This document shows positions 18,652 to 28,419 of a DNA stretch of 64,000 nucleotides, in pieces. The notes under the pieces are model-generated. The model did not search any database and was not told the DNA's origin. It saw only the letters and a program-made list of their open reading frames with translations. The stretch's first letter is position 1. Each line of letters opens with the position of its first letter. The translations under genes were made by a program, and so were the position numbers. The DNA comes from a virus (Duplodnaviria; Caudoviricetes), in IMG/VR virus record IMGVR_UViG_3300013121_000046; one strand, 5' to 3'.

Positions 18652-18999
18652 TTAAGCTGCTGGGGCTGGATCAAAAGGATCCAATTCCTGGGCATCCTGA
18701 AGTGGAGCCGGAACATATTTGGGGGCCGGAACCCATTTTCTCTTCCAAGGGAGGCACTTTGGCTCCTCTGCATTAATATCCTCTCCCTTGGCTGCCTCCT
18801 TTAGGCGAAGCTCAAGCTCCTCGACCCGTACCTCCAAGTCATGCAATCGCACAGCCTGAGCCTCATCCCTGGCTGTAGCTGCCCCGGCTTCTGCCTCAAG
18901 GGCTCGCACCCGGCACTGCCAAGCTTCTGAAAGCTCTATACCGCGAAAAGCAAACAAAAGCGAAGCTAAACCCAATACAAACTGCAAGAACATAGACAT
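18652..18999 (-). CDS. membrane-anchored coiled-coil protein
   Basis: N-terminal hydrophobic helix followed by heptads; GAGGAGG RBS. Confidence 0.7.
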   Translation of the reverse strand: MSMFLQFVLGLASLLFAFRGIELSEAWQCRVRALEAEAGAATARDEAQAVRLHDLEVRVEELELRLKEAAKGEDINAEEPKCLPWKRKWVPAPKYVPAPLQDAQELDPFDPAPAA

Positions 19000-19005
19000 A
19001 CCTCC

Positions 19006-19287
19006 TCAGAGATTAAGACCAGACACATTGTATCCGCAGACCCTCAGAATTCTCTTGTTGGTGTTAAAGCTTTCCCAGACTCTGGTATAGTTATACCAAG
19101 TAAATATTTTAAGGTCGGGATCATTAGCCTCCCCATAGGCAAGAATAAAGCCTAAAAACCGTATCTCCCGACCTTGGGAATCCCGGTAATTTTGACCATT
19201 GTTAGTGGCAAAAAACACCGTTGGATTACCGTAAGCCGTCTCCCCTAACTTTTCTAGTAGCTTTTTTACCCCCTCCTTTGAGTACAT
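19006..19287 (-). CDS. YS-DL family small protein
   Basis: MYSKEGVKKLLEKL. Confidence 0.75.
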   Translation of the reverse strand: MYSKEGVKKLLEKLGETAYGNPTVFFATNNGQNYRDSQGREIRFLGFILAYGEANDPDLKIFTWYNYTRVWESFNTNKRILRVCGYNVSGLNL

Positions 19288-19303
19288 CTCAGCTATTCCC
19301 TAC

Positions 19304-19594
19304 TCAGACGGGGGTAAACTTCCGCCAAATTTTCCGTAGGTTTGACTCTATATCGATAAGACCCTTCTGGATGGGGGGGTCAGGTATATACTTAAGCGGA
19401 GGGAGATAGAGTGGAACATAATAAAAATACCACACTTTGTTCGATGCTAAACGTAGGACCAAACTCCCCGTAAAAGCTTCCGAAAGCACGATCTTCATTA
19501 TGCCGTCACTGTCATAACTCATACCCATTGTATACACAGCGGAACTACTGATCTTATCAATAATTCTGTACAGGTCATTCAGTGAGTATTTCAT
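19304..19594 (-). CDS. YS-DL family small protein
   Basis: MKYSLNDLYRIIDKI. Confidence 0.75.
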   Translation of the reverse strand: MKYSLNDLYRIIDKISSSAVYTMGMSYDSDGIMKIVLSEAFTGSLVLRLASNKVWYFYYVPLYLPPLKYIPDPPIQKGLIDIESNLRKIWRKFTPV

Positions 19595-19595
19595 A

Positions 19596-19671
19596 GTTAC
19601 GCCCCTACAATAATACCCCGACACCCTAAGTTTTTTACAAGAGCCTATATGTCTTCGAGGGAATACTTCAT
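19596..19671 (-). pseudogene. truncated YS-DL family remnant
   Basis: MKYSLEDI*ALVKNLG. Confidence 0.55.
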
Positions 19672-19687
19672 GTCAACATCTATAACA

Positions 19688-20002
19688 CTAGACATGGTGA
19701 CTACCACTTGCCCCCTCGGGATATGGGTATCCCGATTCCCTAAAAACCTGATCGCTTTCACGCATAAAAACTAATCGCCACTCAGGTTTATTATAACATC
19801 CCATGTGACATAGATAGGCTGGGGCTAAATTCCCTAAACACAAAGTATAGAAATAGCAAGTTTCATGGGACAAAACACGACTTAAAGGAATTGATCGAGG
19901 AAAACGGCTATCTGCCCGATGAACTATAAGCTCGGGCTTCCCCAACAATTTCTTGTATAAGCTTATTACGATAGAGTCTGAGTAGTATATACCCAAGGCC
20001 AT
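19688..20002 (-). CDS. YS-DL family small protein
   Basis: IYYSDSIVISLYKKL. Confidence 0.65.
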   Translation of the reverse strand: MALGIYYSDSIVISLYKKLLGKPELIVHRADSRFPRSIPLSRVLSHETCYFYTLCLGNLAPAYLCHMGCYNKPEWRLVFMRESDQVFRESGYPYPEGASGSHHV

Positions 20003-20165
20003 AGAAACCCTTAACGAGATGAGTATGGGGCTACTTACCCCAAACAAAAACACTCATTACCATACAGAATATTACTACTGGTATAAGTAAAAGAATTGCC
20101 CCCACAAACACGACATGTCCCGGGGGATTGTTTTTAGACTTAAGATCGCTCATCTGCTTCTCCTG

Positions 20166-20438
20166 TTAGTTCTGAGATATTCTTAGGGCCTCATCAACCA
20201 ATTGACTAAGCTCTTCGGCAAAACCAACCTTACGACTATCAATATCTGGAGTATACTCCCCAGAGAAATCATCATCAATATATTGAAATAGTCGCATCCC
20301 ATATCCTGAGGAATTGATGTAAAGCTCAATTTCAAAACCTTCAGGAAGGGCCTTCGCCACCCGATCAATAAAATTCCTGAGCCCCGCCTCGTCGAATTGT
20401 TCGGCCAATTGTGTCAAATTCAATTTAGTATAAACCAT
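20166..20438 (-). CDS. acidic hypothetical protein, paralog of 20470-20781
   Basis: GLRNFIDRVAKALPEG...GYG...GFAEEL. Confidence 0.75.
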   Translation of the reverse strand: MVYTKLNLTQLAEQFDEAGLRNFIDRVAKALPEGFEIELYINSSGYGMRLFQYIDDDFSGEYTPDIDSRKVGFAEELSQLVDEALRISQN

Positions 20439-20469
20439 TAAATTAATCTCAGGAAGAGACTAACTCAAC

Positions 20470-20781
20470 TCAACCCAGTAAGTTTACAGACTGGGGCTTT
20501 TGATCGGTTGAATTTTGTTGACTTTCTTCTTCAATTGCGTCCAGCCGTTTCGCCTCTTGCATTAAACGAACAATCGCTTCTGCAAAACCCTCCTCATCAA
20601 TGGGTCCGTAGTCGGCATCTTCCCCATCAAAATCTTCTAGTGAGATACCGCCATAACCATTTTCTAAATGGGGTTTGATTACTAACCCAGGGGGTAACCC
20701 AGCACATATTTCATTAAGAAACTTTCGCAGCCCGATGGTATCAATAGCCGCCGCTAGTTCCTCAAGGGTTTCTCCGCTCAT
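20470..20781 (-). CDS. acidic hypothetical protein, paralog of 20166-20438
   Basis: GLRKFLNEICAGLPPG...GYG...GFAEAI. Confidence 0.75.
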   Translation of the reverse strand: MSGETLEELAAAIDTIGLRKFLNEICAGLPPGLVIKPHLENGYGGISLEDFDGEDADYGPIDEEGFAEAIVRLMQEAKRLDAIEEESQQNSTDQKPQSVNLLG

Positions 20782-20879
20782 TCACTTCCTCCTAACCAAT
20801 AAAATTCCGGAGTCCCGCCCCATCAAATTCTCCTGCAATGAACAAGCACTTCCGCAAAATCCTCTTCAGCATTAAGGGG

Positions 20880-21299
20880 TCAACATCTCCCCTCAAAATC
20901 TTTTAACGAGATGCTGTCGCGTTCCTGGTTTCGCTCCGCATCTCTTTCAATTCGGCGAATTATCCGGTCGAGCACAGCCAAAACTTGCTGCTTAGTACGC
21001 CCTGGAACATCATTCCAGGTGAGTAGAAAATCGAACATATCCTCCTGATTCTTTGAGAAATATTTGGGCCGAATACACGCACAAAAATTTTCTAACCACT
21101 GCTCTTTTTTCTTAGTATTTTTAGGCTTTTCGTTACTAGCCGCAAGCAATGCGCCTAGAACACAAAATTTCTTCGCGTGTACACTGTAAGGGCTAATACG
21201 TTTTTCAGACCGTGTTCTCGCATATGTATATTGCGTCCAGCCTCGATCAATAAGCTTCCGTGCTCGTCGAAGAATTTTTACCTTATCTCTGGTTCTCAT
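20880..21299 (-). CDS. DUF6197-like phage protein
   Basis: RARKLIDRGWTQ...FCVLGAL...WNDVPGRTKQQVLAVLD. Confidence 0.7.
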   Translation of the reverse strand: MRTRDKVKILRRARKLIDRGWTQYTYARTRSEKRISPYSVHAKKFCVLGALLAASNEKPKNTKKKEQWLENFCACIRPKYFSKNQEDMFDFLLTWNDVPGRTKQQVLAVLDRIIRRIERDAERNQERDSISLKDFEGRC

Positions 21300-21363
21300 A
21301 ATTTCATTCCTTCCTTTCTAATCCAGTACCCTGCCCAGTCAGCTAGGTATCCAACCACATCAC

Positions 21364-21630
21364 CTAGATAAGAATTCTTTTTCCGACACCCCTCTCCCAA
21401 ATATTATAACACCAACGGTAGCCCCGCATTGAATCTCCAATCAAAAAGATATAGGATAGAAAAGAGTGTAACCTAATCTCAATAGTGTACCGTATAAACT
21501 GAGGCTTAAATCCTTCCTTAAGGAGGTTATACTCAGTCTTTTTAACCTGCGACCATCTCTCCCATAATTTCATATCTTCTTCCAATTTTATATAAAGAAT
21601 ATAGATATCCCTTTGTGAATACCTACCCAT
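21364..21630 (-). CDS. YS-DL family small protein
   Basis: MGRYSQRDIYILYIKL. Confidence 0.7.
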   Translation of the reverse strand: MGRYSQRDIYILYIKLEEDMKLWERWSQVKKTEYNLLKEGFKPQFIRYTIEIRLHSFLSYIFLIGDSMRGYRWCYNIWERGVGKRILI

Positions 21631-21642
21631 AATCCACCCCTA

Positions 21643-21689
21643 ATAAAGACACCCTATCCAGAAGACTAGTCTAGATAGGGTGTCTTTAT
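21643..21689 (-). terminator. 16-bp inverted repeat, terminator-like
   Basis: ATAAAGACACCCTATC / GATAGGGTGTCTTTAT downstream of the AAA ATPase gene. Confidence 0.65.
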
Positions 21690-21739
21690 AGTACCTAGGT
21701 CAATTGTGGGTTTGAGATCGTGGTTCCCCACCCTCAAGA

Positions 21740-22603
21740 TTAGAGATCACGGGTGGACTTAGTTGCAGTCTTCACCTGTACCTCTTCTTTTTCATTTTCA
21801 TCCTCTTCATCCTCATCCGCCAGAAGCCTGCTCAGTCCCTGAAGGGCTTCCCCGGGGGGGATTCGGTTAATCATAATCTGAATGACCAACTCCTTCAGCA
21901 TCGCCACTGTATACCCATCAGTAGCTGGCCCTAACTGCTCAATTCCAGACTGAGAAACACCCCACCTATCCAACAGATACTCCCTCTGCGGAAGAGCCAG
22001 ACCCAGAACCTTAAAGCGACGATCAATTCGTCCCGGTCGCTTCGACACTCGATCCGGAATTCGCTCCAAATAGTTTGTTGTAGCAATCAAAACCGTCTGT
22101 GAACTAGCATCAGTCAAACCGTCTGTAAGCTGAAGAAATTCAGCTTCCTGATAGTTCAACATATTGTCCAGGTCTTCAATCAGGAGCAAAACTAGCCGGT
22201 TGTCAACCTCCCGGAGTTTTTCCATCGCTGAAATTATTCCCCGAGGGTTGCTCACCATAATCGCCAAACTGTTCTGAGCAATAAAATGTTTGGCAACCTG
22301 AAGCATCATGGTAGTTTTACCCGTCCCTGGGGGCCCATGAAGAAGGTATCCACGGCGATGCGGAAACCCTAACTTTTGGTACTCTTCAGCCTGACCTTGG
22401 AATCGTTTGATATCCTCAATCAAATCGTAGCCAGGGCCACCCAGAAGGTCCACAATCTCCCCCTGACGCATGATCTGTTCTTTGACCCACAACATCCCTG
22501 ATGGAGAAACCCCCATCTCATAAAGACCTGAGGGCAAATCCTGATAATGCGGCTTAGGGGGCAGAAGATAGTGAGTACTCTTTCTTCTATACCAGTTGCT
22601 CAT
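21740..22603 (-). CDS. AAA+ ATPase (BCS1-like clade, no TM)
   Basis: LGFPHRRGYLLHGPPGTGKT (Walker A), LLLIEDLD (Walker B), TTNY, KRPGRID (arginine finger). Confidence 0.9.
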   Translation of the reverse strand: MSNWYRRKSTHYLLPPKPHYQDLPSGLYEMGVSPSGMLWVKEQIMRQGEIVDLLGGPGYDLIEDIKRFQGQAEEYQKLGFPHRRGYLLHGPPGTGKTTMMLQVAKHFIAQNSLAIMVSNPRGIISAMEKLREVDNRLVLLLIEDLDNMLNYQEAEFLQLTDGLTDASSQTVLIATTNYLERIPDRVSKRPGRIDRRFKVLGLALPQREYLLDRWGVSQSGIEQLGPATDGYTVAMLKELVIQIMINRIPPGEALQGLSRLLADEDEEDENEKEEVQVKTATKSTRDL

Positions 22604-22639
22604 AAGAACCTTTTCAGAGAGTAAAACTACCCAAAGTAA

Positions 22640-22885
22640 CTACTTTACCCAACCCATAGGAATAGTAAAAGACTTCCAGCCATGCTTGGGACTAGCCCGA
22701 TACCAATATATCACCGAATTTTCCCCCTCCTGAACAAAAAAATTATTGGTTTTCATCGAAAAGGGCCGAACTATCCCATACTCGGAAGAACTTCTTCGGA
22801 CTTTTCGCGGTTGCTCCCAGACTATGGATGCTGCCACTGGGGAAACCAAGGCCAGCCAAATCACCCAAAGAATAAAAAATCGCAT
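22640..22885 (-). CDS. small secreted or membrane protein
   Basis: Signal-peptide-like N-terminus. Confidence 0.55.
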   Translation of the reverse strand: MRFFILWVIWLALVSPVAASIVWEQPRKVRRSSSEYGIVRPFSMKTNNFFVQEGENSVIYWYRASPKHGWKSFTIPMGWVK

Positions 22886-22908
22886 CTAAAAGTCCCCCCC
22901 AAAAAATA

Positions 22909-23418
22909 CTAGAATCGAGACTCAATCCGGTCCTGCAAATCTTCCGATGGATAAACTCTTTCTCCAGAGATTACTCTCCCGTCGGGCAGTACCTCAACCT
23001 CCCACTCATGGACTTGGTAGATTCCATATTTTGAATGCCGAGAACACAAAGGATTATTAATCCCCTGCCTATACTCGGCTGCCACCGCTTCAGCTTCTTC
23101 TTTGCTCTGATAGAAACCCCGAGTAAACTCGTCCTCACAACAACAGGAACAGCCAGTGCTACACTCAATCACATATAAATTTTTGTTCTTGGGCTTACCC
23201 AACAGACTATTAATTTGCTGTTCTTGCCAAGCAATATGCTCCAAGAGTAATTGAGCCTCAACCAAATCAAACCAGTGATTTACTCCGTCGTATTGCAAAG
23301 ACCTAATCGCCTCAGTTTTCTCCATTGAGTCAGCAACCAACAGAGGTTCAGCCAAAGATTCCAAGATATTAGTACGATCTACCGGAACTACCCTAGACAT
23401 ACCTATCTTCTTAGACAT
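22909..23418 (-). CDS. hypothetical protein (CSTGCSCC motif)
   Basis: ORF coupled to the upstream gene. Confidence 0.7.
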   Translation of the reverse strand: MSKKIGMSRVVPVDRTNILESLAEPLLVADSMEKTEAIRSLQYDGVNHWFDLVEAQLLLEHIAWQEQQINSLLGKPKNKNLYVIECSTGCSCCCEDEFTRGFYQSKEEAEAVAAEYRQGINNPLCSRHSKYGIYQVHEWEVEVLPDGRVISGERVYPSEDLQDRIESRF

Positions 23419-23419
23419 T

Positions 23420-23770
23420 TTATTCCCAACTTTCAAAATACCTACCCCAAACCTCTTTATCGGCACACAGAAAGAAAAGAATCGCATCTTGCGGAACAAA
23501 AACCTCACCCAACTCCTCTAGATCGAGAGAATCGCATCTTCCTGAAATAGGGCCAGACTTTGCTAGTTCACCTAACCCAGTTAAACTATATACCGTGGTT
23601 GTTCTTCGTACAATTTTCGCACCTATTAAGTTCAGGTTGAAGCTATCACCCGGAGCAGGTAGACCAGAAGGTATTTTTCCGACTAAAATCTCCGGACGTT
23701 TCTTAAAGACCACAAGAACTATCTGGGATACTCCCGACATCAGATTAACCATTGTTACAGTCTCGTTCAT
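23420..23770 (-). CDS. hypothetical protein
   Basis: 116-aa ORF. Confidence 0.6.
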   Translation of the reverse strand: MNETVTMVNLMSGVSQIVLVVFKKRPEILVGKIPSGLPAPGDSFNLNLIGAKIVRRTTTVYSLTGLGELAKSGPISGRCDSLDLEELGEVFVPQDAILFFLCADKEVWGRYFESWE

Positions 23771-24054
23771 TTCTAATGCTTACCGGTAACCCTCGATAAA
23801 ACCAAGTAGGAAAAATCCCCATTGATCCAGGGATACGGCATTGGGGAGGCCTCATACATTTTAAGACCCTTTAACACACCCAATACAAACGCTCTAATTT
23901 TCGGCAGTGACTAAAAACTCCAAAACCTACCGAAGTGCTGAGTAATCCACAGCATACTCATCAGGCTCATCGTAACCCTTGAGGACAGGATTTGTGCCCA
24001 CCCAGGCAAAATCTTTAACCGGTATCCCCAATTCCTCCATACCCCAAACAAAAT

Positions 24055-24354
24055 TCAAAATTGATAATACTCCATGCTATACTTAAACCACTCCGGGAGT
24101 CGTTTTCTAAGCTTATCTATTCTCAAATTAGCCTCAGGATACCCGGGAATCATCCCAAAACACCAATAAGTACCATTAAAAATTAGGCCTGATCCATAAT
24201 AAATATTCAACGGACCAAAAAAATCAACGCACAAATTAGGCCCGTAGTCTTTGTGAATATCCACAAAGACCAATCCAACCTTACTCAATACGCTAGCTAA
24301 ATACTCTACGGAATATAGGTCCTTTTGAGAATGGAGAAGATTACTAGCCATCAA
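24055..24354 (-). CDS. YS-DL family small protein
   Basis: LYSVEYLASVLSKV...PEWFKYSM. Confidence 0.75.
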   Translation of the reverse strand: MMASNLLHSQKDLYSVEYLASVLSKVGLVFVDIHKDYGPNLCVDFFGPLNIYYGSGLIFNGTYWCFGMIPGYPEANLRIDKLRKRLPEWFKYSMEYYQF

Positions 24355-24374
24355 ATTAGAAAGCCTTAGTTACA

Positions 24375-24656
24375 CTAAAGACCTGTTAAAACCCATTCGG
24401 GAAAAATCTCCCTTATTCCATAGTCGCCCACCCAATGACCTATTCCATAGGAGCCCACCCAACGACCTACAGCAGTGTGCCTAACGACAGTTGACCCAAC
24501 CAGGCTATATATCCCGTTCTGCATCTGAAAATTCATTACTTCATACCCACCTATAACGTTAATTGGCTGATTACCTGAAGTCCCTAAATACACAGGAACC
24601 CTTGCGAGCTTCCGCCAAATACGACTCAAATCTTTCCGAGAGTAAAAACTCCTCAT
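24375..24656 (-). CDS. YS-DL family small protein
   Basis: FYSRKDLSRIWRKL...PEWVLTGL. Confidence 0.8.
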   Translation of the reverse strand: MRSFYSRKDLSRIWRKLARVPVYLGTSGNQPINVIGGYEVMNFQMQNGIYSLVGSTVVRHTAVGRWVGSYGIGHWVGDYGIREIFPEWVLTGL

Positions 24657-24782
24657 TTGGAATCTCGATCTACAGCCACATTAGAAATAGACCAGTGAGA
24701 GGCTCATGTAAAGTTTGGCACCTAAGATCTTCTGAGTCATTAGACTCTGAAGTAACATCCATGCGAGCCATCAGATTGAAAA

Positions 24783-25052
24783 TCAATTATAGTATTGCAG
24801 GCTAACTACAAGCCAAGTGGGGAGAAGCTCATCTGTTATTCCATAGTATAGTATCCAGAAACCATCAGAAGTATGCCTAGCGAACGTTATCCCGGTATAA
24901 CCACATTCCCCACTCTTAATGGGAAACTTAAAGGAAACCTCATATCCATCATAGTTAATTGGCACCCATAGATACACCGAATTATTTATCAGCTTTCGCC
25001 AAACACAAGTTAAATCTTTCTGAGAATAGAAACTCCTCATTTGGAATCTCAA
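24783..25052 (-). CDS. YS-DL family small protein
   Basis: FYSQKDLTCVWRKL...PTWLVVSL. Confidence 0.8.
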   Translation of the reverse strand: MRFQMRSFYSQKDLTCVWRKLINNSVYLWVPINYDGYEVSFKFPIKSGECGYTGITFARHTSDGFWILYYGITDELLPTWLVVSLQYYN

Positions 25053-25297
25053 TCTACTGCCACACTCACAGCCCAGTCGCGGCTATCAACCCAGTCACGG
25101 CTATAATAATCATGAAACATAGACCAACGCGGTCTCTTCAAAGTACTCGGAGAGCAAGATAGTAAGACCCGAAAGATTCCAGGGAAATGAATGTTTACTA
25201 TTAGAGCCTTTCCCGGTATGATACGATAACGTACAAACCCATTATTTGCATCAACCATTTTCTTTGCGAGGCGAACTAAATCCTTTCCGGGATACAT
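25049..25297 (-). CDS. YS-DL family small protein
   Basis: MYPGKDLVRLAKKM. Confidence 0.75.
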   Translation of the reverse strand: MYPGKDLVRLAKKMVDANNGFVRYRIIPGKALIVNIHFPGIFRVLLSCSPSTLKRPRWSMFHDYYSRDWVDSRDWAVSVAVD

Positions 25298-25554
25298 CAG
25301 TACGACTCCGCCCTAGGCAAACTCTCCCAAAACCAAGTCCTAACATGCAAGGGTTTCTTTGTACTATTAAGTACAGACAAGGACCAAAGTCCTGATTTGG
25401 ATACATAGAGGATGAGGTAACCTGGAGAACCCATCAAATAAGTACGGGTACTAAAGCTTAGCCTTCCTAACTGGAAAAATTCCGTATGACCAAATCCGCA
25501 CTTCAGGAAGACTTTATTGAGAGATTCAAAAGAATATCTACGCGGTGAGACCAC
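25297..25554 (-). CDS. YS-DL family small protein (tandem duplicate of 25605-25853)
   Basis: RYSFESLNKVFLKC...TWFWESL. Confidence 0.8.
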   Translation of the reverse strand: MVSPRRYSFESLNKVFLKCGFGHTEFFQLGRLSFSTRTYLMGSPGYLILYVSKSGLWSLSVLNSTKKPLHVRTWFWESLPRAESY

Positions 25555-25604
25555 GATTCATACCTCTCTAAATCCTTTCCAGAATACATCAATACGACTC
25601 CGCC

Positions 25605-25853
25605 CTACACCCTAGGCAAACTTTCCCAAAACCAAACCCTAACATGCTCAGGTCTCTCTGTAGTATTAAGTAAACCCAAGAACCAAAGGCCTGACTTGGA
25701 CACAAAGAGGGTGATGTAACCTGGAGAACCCATCAAATAAGTACGGGTACTAAATCTTGGCCTTCTTAACTGAAAAAATTCCGTATGACCAAATCCGCAC
25801 TTCAGGAGGAATTTATTGAGGGATTCAAAAGAATATCTACGCGGTAAGACCAC
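25605..25853 (-). CDS. YS-DL family small protein (tandem duplicate of 25297-25554)
   Basis: RYSFESLNKFLLKC...VWFWESL. Confidence 0.8.
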   Translation of the reverse strand: MVLPRRYSFESLNKFLLKCGFGHTEFFQLRRPRFSTRTYLMGSPGYITLFVSKSGLWFLGLLNTTERPEHVRVWFWESLPRV

Positions 25854-25968
25854 GATTCAACCCCCGCTACTTCTATTCACCAAACAGCCCGCAACACCGC
25901 CATCTGTAAACCGGAGTGGTTCTGCAAGATATCTGCTACGCATAGCCCTTTTCCTCTCTGACTAACAC

Positions 25969-26042
25969 TGGGACTGTCGGGGCTCGAACCCGAGACCTAC
26001 GGATTAAAAGTCCGTTGCTCTATCCAACTGAGCTACAGTCCC
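25969..26042 (-). tRNA. tRNA-Lys(TTT)
   Basis: GGGACTGTAGCTCAGTTGGATAGAGCAACGGACTTTTAATCCGTAGGTCTCGGGTTCGAGCCCCGACAGTCCCA. Confidence 0.95.
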
Positions 26043-26053
26043 GGATATAAATA

Positions 26054-26064
26054 TATACCCTAAA
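26054..26064 (-). promoter_or_regulatory. promoter motif TTTAGGGTATA directly upstream of tRNA-Lys
   Basis: Motif ends about 11 nt before the tRNA 5' end. Confidence 0.65.
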
Positions 26065-26105
26065 GCCAGGGTAGCTACTGCGTAAAAAATCTACCCTGGC
26101 TTTAG
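26060..26105 (-). terminator. 15-bp inverted repeat overlapping the promoter motif
   Basis: CTAAAGCCAGGGTAG / CTACCCTGGCTTTAG. Confidence 0.55.
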
Positions 26106-26300
26106 TCCCCCCCCCAGTGAGTCCTACTCTGGAACATCAATCTCTGGCTCTACGCCAGAGTCATTCCTTGACTCCCCGTAAGCACAATTCAGACTACCGC
26201 AGCAAGGACAAATCTCACCGCCTCTGGCGTAATAACAGTCTTCGCAATTGCAGTATTGGTCATGGGCATAGTCCATTGTCTTCTCCTAATAATCTCGCAG

Positions 26301-26514
26301 CGCATTGAATACCGCTACTCTTATATACCCAAAAATTTATATCCTAGAGGTAATTCTAGTCAAATACCAGAAATAAATTTCTGTCCAACATTAACCAGAG
26401 ACTCTAAAGTACCCCAAATAAACCAGTTGGAGTATGCCTTGGGATTTGCCTGGAAAACCAAACCCCCCCAAGGTAGTAGTCCGGGTCCAAAAAAATTCAA
26501 CAAGCATAAACTGT
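26301..26514. repeat. dispersed ~215-bp duplication, copy B (gene part decayed)
   Basis: Near-identical to 18236-18456; includes the promoter motif at 26324-26335. Confidence 0.9.
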
Positions 26515-26558
26515 CTCGATACGATACTTAAGTCTGTTAGTAATTTTCGTCGAGATCA

Positions 26559-26813
26559 CTAACCTAACCCACACCAAAACCAGTGCGGAACCAAATCTCG
26601 CACTTTTTGATTGGTACGGCCCGTAGAGATATACCAAAACCTCTGTGCGTCACATCGGGCTTTATAGTATGCTAAACACCCAATTAACCTCCCATTACAC
26701 GTCAGGTACAAACTTAAACCTAGAAAGTCGTTGTGAAGAGACACACTCTGTACACCCTTTCTCAGTACCTTTTTCGCTATCTTTTCTAGGTCTTTATTTG
26801 AATACTTATCCAT
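26559..26813 (-). CDS. YS-DL family small protein
   Basis: MDKYSNKDLEKIAKKV...PHWFWCGL. Confidence 0.8.
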   Translation of the reverse strand: MDKYSNKDLEKIAKKVLRKGVQSVSLHNDFLGLSLYLTCNGRLIGCLAYYKARCDAQRFWYISTGRTNQKVRDLVPHWFWCGLG

Positions 26814-26827
26814 AACCCTACTCCATA

Positions 26828-27133
26828 TCACACTAACAGTAATTCTAATTGAAACCAACTCGGAGCTTTTACTCTCGAAGCCATCCCCCTTTGACTATAC
26901 ACAACCGCTCGCGTTCCCGAATACCAGAGGCCATTTGTCCATTGTGCCACTTGGAAGGTAACTCTTAACCTGTTACTCTTCCGAAAATTCTGGTTAGGTA
27001 AAACATAATCTACAAATAATACTCCACCTAACCCTATTCCGGGTGTAACCTCGTGTCTGATAAGAACTTTATTATCGAGACTTTTTCGCAAGAGTTTCTT
27101 TAAGTCCCTATCCGAATACCTCCCCATGAACAA
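26828..27133 (-). CDS. YS-DL family small protein
   Basis: GRYSDRDLKKLLRKS...PSWFQLEL. Confidence 0.8.
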   Translation of the reverse strand: MFMGRYSDRDLKKLLRKSLDNKVLIRHEVTPGIGLGGVLFVDYVLPNQNFRKSNRLRVTFQVAQWTNGLWYSGTRAVVYSQRGMASRVKAPSWFQLELLLV

Positions 27134-27190
27134 CTCCTTTATTATTCAGAATCTTACCTACATCCTCGGTAGCATAGAGTCCTCTGTCTC

Positions 27191-27529
27191 TCACTTCATC
27201 CTGCTCTCCATATCCTCTCTACAGAGGAGCAAAGACTGCTTCGCCCAAAATGGCATAAAAGTGTCATCCCACTCCACCTCAGATACACCTAAATCTGGCC
27301 GAAGCCACACATTATTCTCCCAAACTAAACCAGCCTTATGCGTCCCATAATGATTATATGCACCCAATGCTGGCACGCTTGGTTGTCTAATTCGGTTCAG
27401 TACATTTTGTGCAGAAGGCCAATACCTAAAGGAGTGCATCTGAATTGAGGCACTGGATGAATCCCCCAAACTGATAGAGTCATAGAATCTGCACACATCC
27501 CTAAATGAGTAGAGATGCTCCGAAGCCAT
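27191..27529 (-). CDS. YS-DL family small protein
   Basis: LYSFRDVCRFY...PFWAKQSL. Confidence 0.75.
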   Translation of the reverse strand: MASEHLYSFRDVCRFYDSISLGDSSSASIQMHSFRYWPSAQNVLNRIRQPSVPALGAYNHYGTHKAGLVWENNVWLRPDLGVSEVEWDDTFMPFWAKQSLLLCREDMESRMK

Positions 27530-27573
27530 TTTTCCCCTTCACCTCTAGGACAAAACTCCAGAATTTTCTCAGC

Positions 27574-27843
27574 TTATAAAAATGCTTCCAGAGACTGCAT
27601 CACCCACGGAAAAGCCTTGGTCTGCATAAAATATCTCCAATTCCATTGACAACCATACTTCCAGATGCCGTCCTCATAAAAAATATTGAATCTATACCCG
27701 TACGGACTAGAGGACTCATTATACCCCAAAATAATACTCCCTTTGTGCGGATACGTGAACAAAGGACGACCCGATTCTTGAAATCCCATTGCACAAGTTA
27801 TTTTGAGTAAATCTTTTATGGAATAGGCTGTATTTCTCCGCAT
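27574..27843 (-). CDS. YS-DL family small protein
   Basis: AYSIKDLLKI...PWVMQSL. Confidence 0.75.
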   Translation of the reverse strand: MRRNTAYSIKDLLKITCAMGFQESGRPLFTYPHKGSIILGYNESSSPYGYRFNIFYEDGIWKYGCQWNWRYFMQTKAFPWVMQSLEAFL

Positions 27844-27907
27844 CTCGACTCTATACTCCTTTGCGGAGTATCATACCCCTCTATTGATGACTATGATACT
27901 CCAAAGA

Positions 27908-28180
27908 TCAATCTGAATCTAACTCCCGCATAGACAGAAATAAGTGAGTTCCTCTTACTGGGACCGTCTTCCAGACTATCTTATCGCCAAACACTGTGGG
28001 GTACGTATGACCACACCACACACCTGAAATGAATTTCCAATTCAAGAACAACCCTTGCAAATCCCCATGAGCCCAATCAAAACTCACGGTAAAAATTCCG
28101 GTATGGTCCGCCCAAAATGCACACCCACTTACCCCGGTACTCTCAAGAATCCTGAGCATATCCGATGATGAGTACCGCAT
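27908..28180 (-). CDS. YS-DL family small protein
   Basis: MRYSSSDMLRILES. Confidence 0.75.
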   Translation of the reverse strand: MRYSSSDMLRILESTGVSGCAFWADHTGIFTVSFDWAHGDLQGLFLNWKFISGVWCGHTYPTVFGDKIVWKTVPVRGTHLFLSMRELDSD

Positions 28181-28182
28181 AA

Positions 28183-28419
28183 CTAGCCTTGAATAGAATC
28201 TCTAAACCAAGGGGGCATATGCAGCAAAAAGCCGTAGTCCCACAAAATCTCCCATAAAATATGATCCACCTTAGGGTTACCCTTCTTTCTTGACCATCTC
28301 GTAACAAAGCTACGAGCCGTAACGTAATCCATACGCAACTCTCTCGCACTACCTAGCTTAAACTCCGACAGAGAGCCAACCTTATTCAGTAATTTCACCA
28401 GGTCCGAGACTGAGTACAT
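28183..28419 (-). CDS. YS-DL family small protein
   Basis: MYSVSDLVKLLNKV...PPWFRDSI. Confidence 0.8.
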   Translation of the reverse strand: MYSVSDLVKLLNKVGSLSEFKLGSARELRMDYVTARSFVTRWSRKKGNPKVDHILWEILWDYGFLLHMPPWFRDSIQG

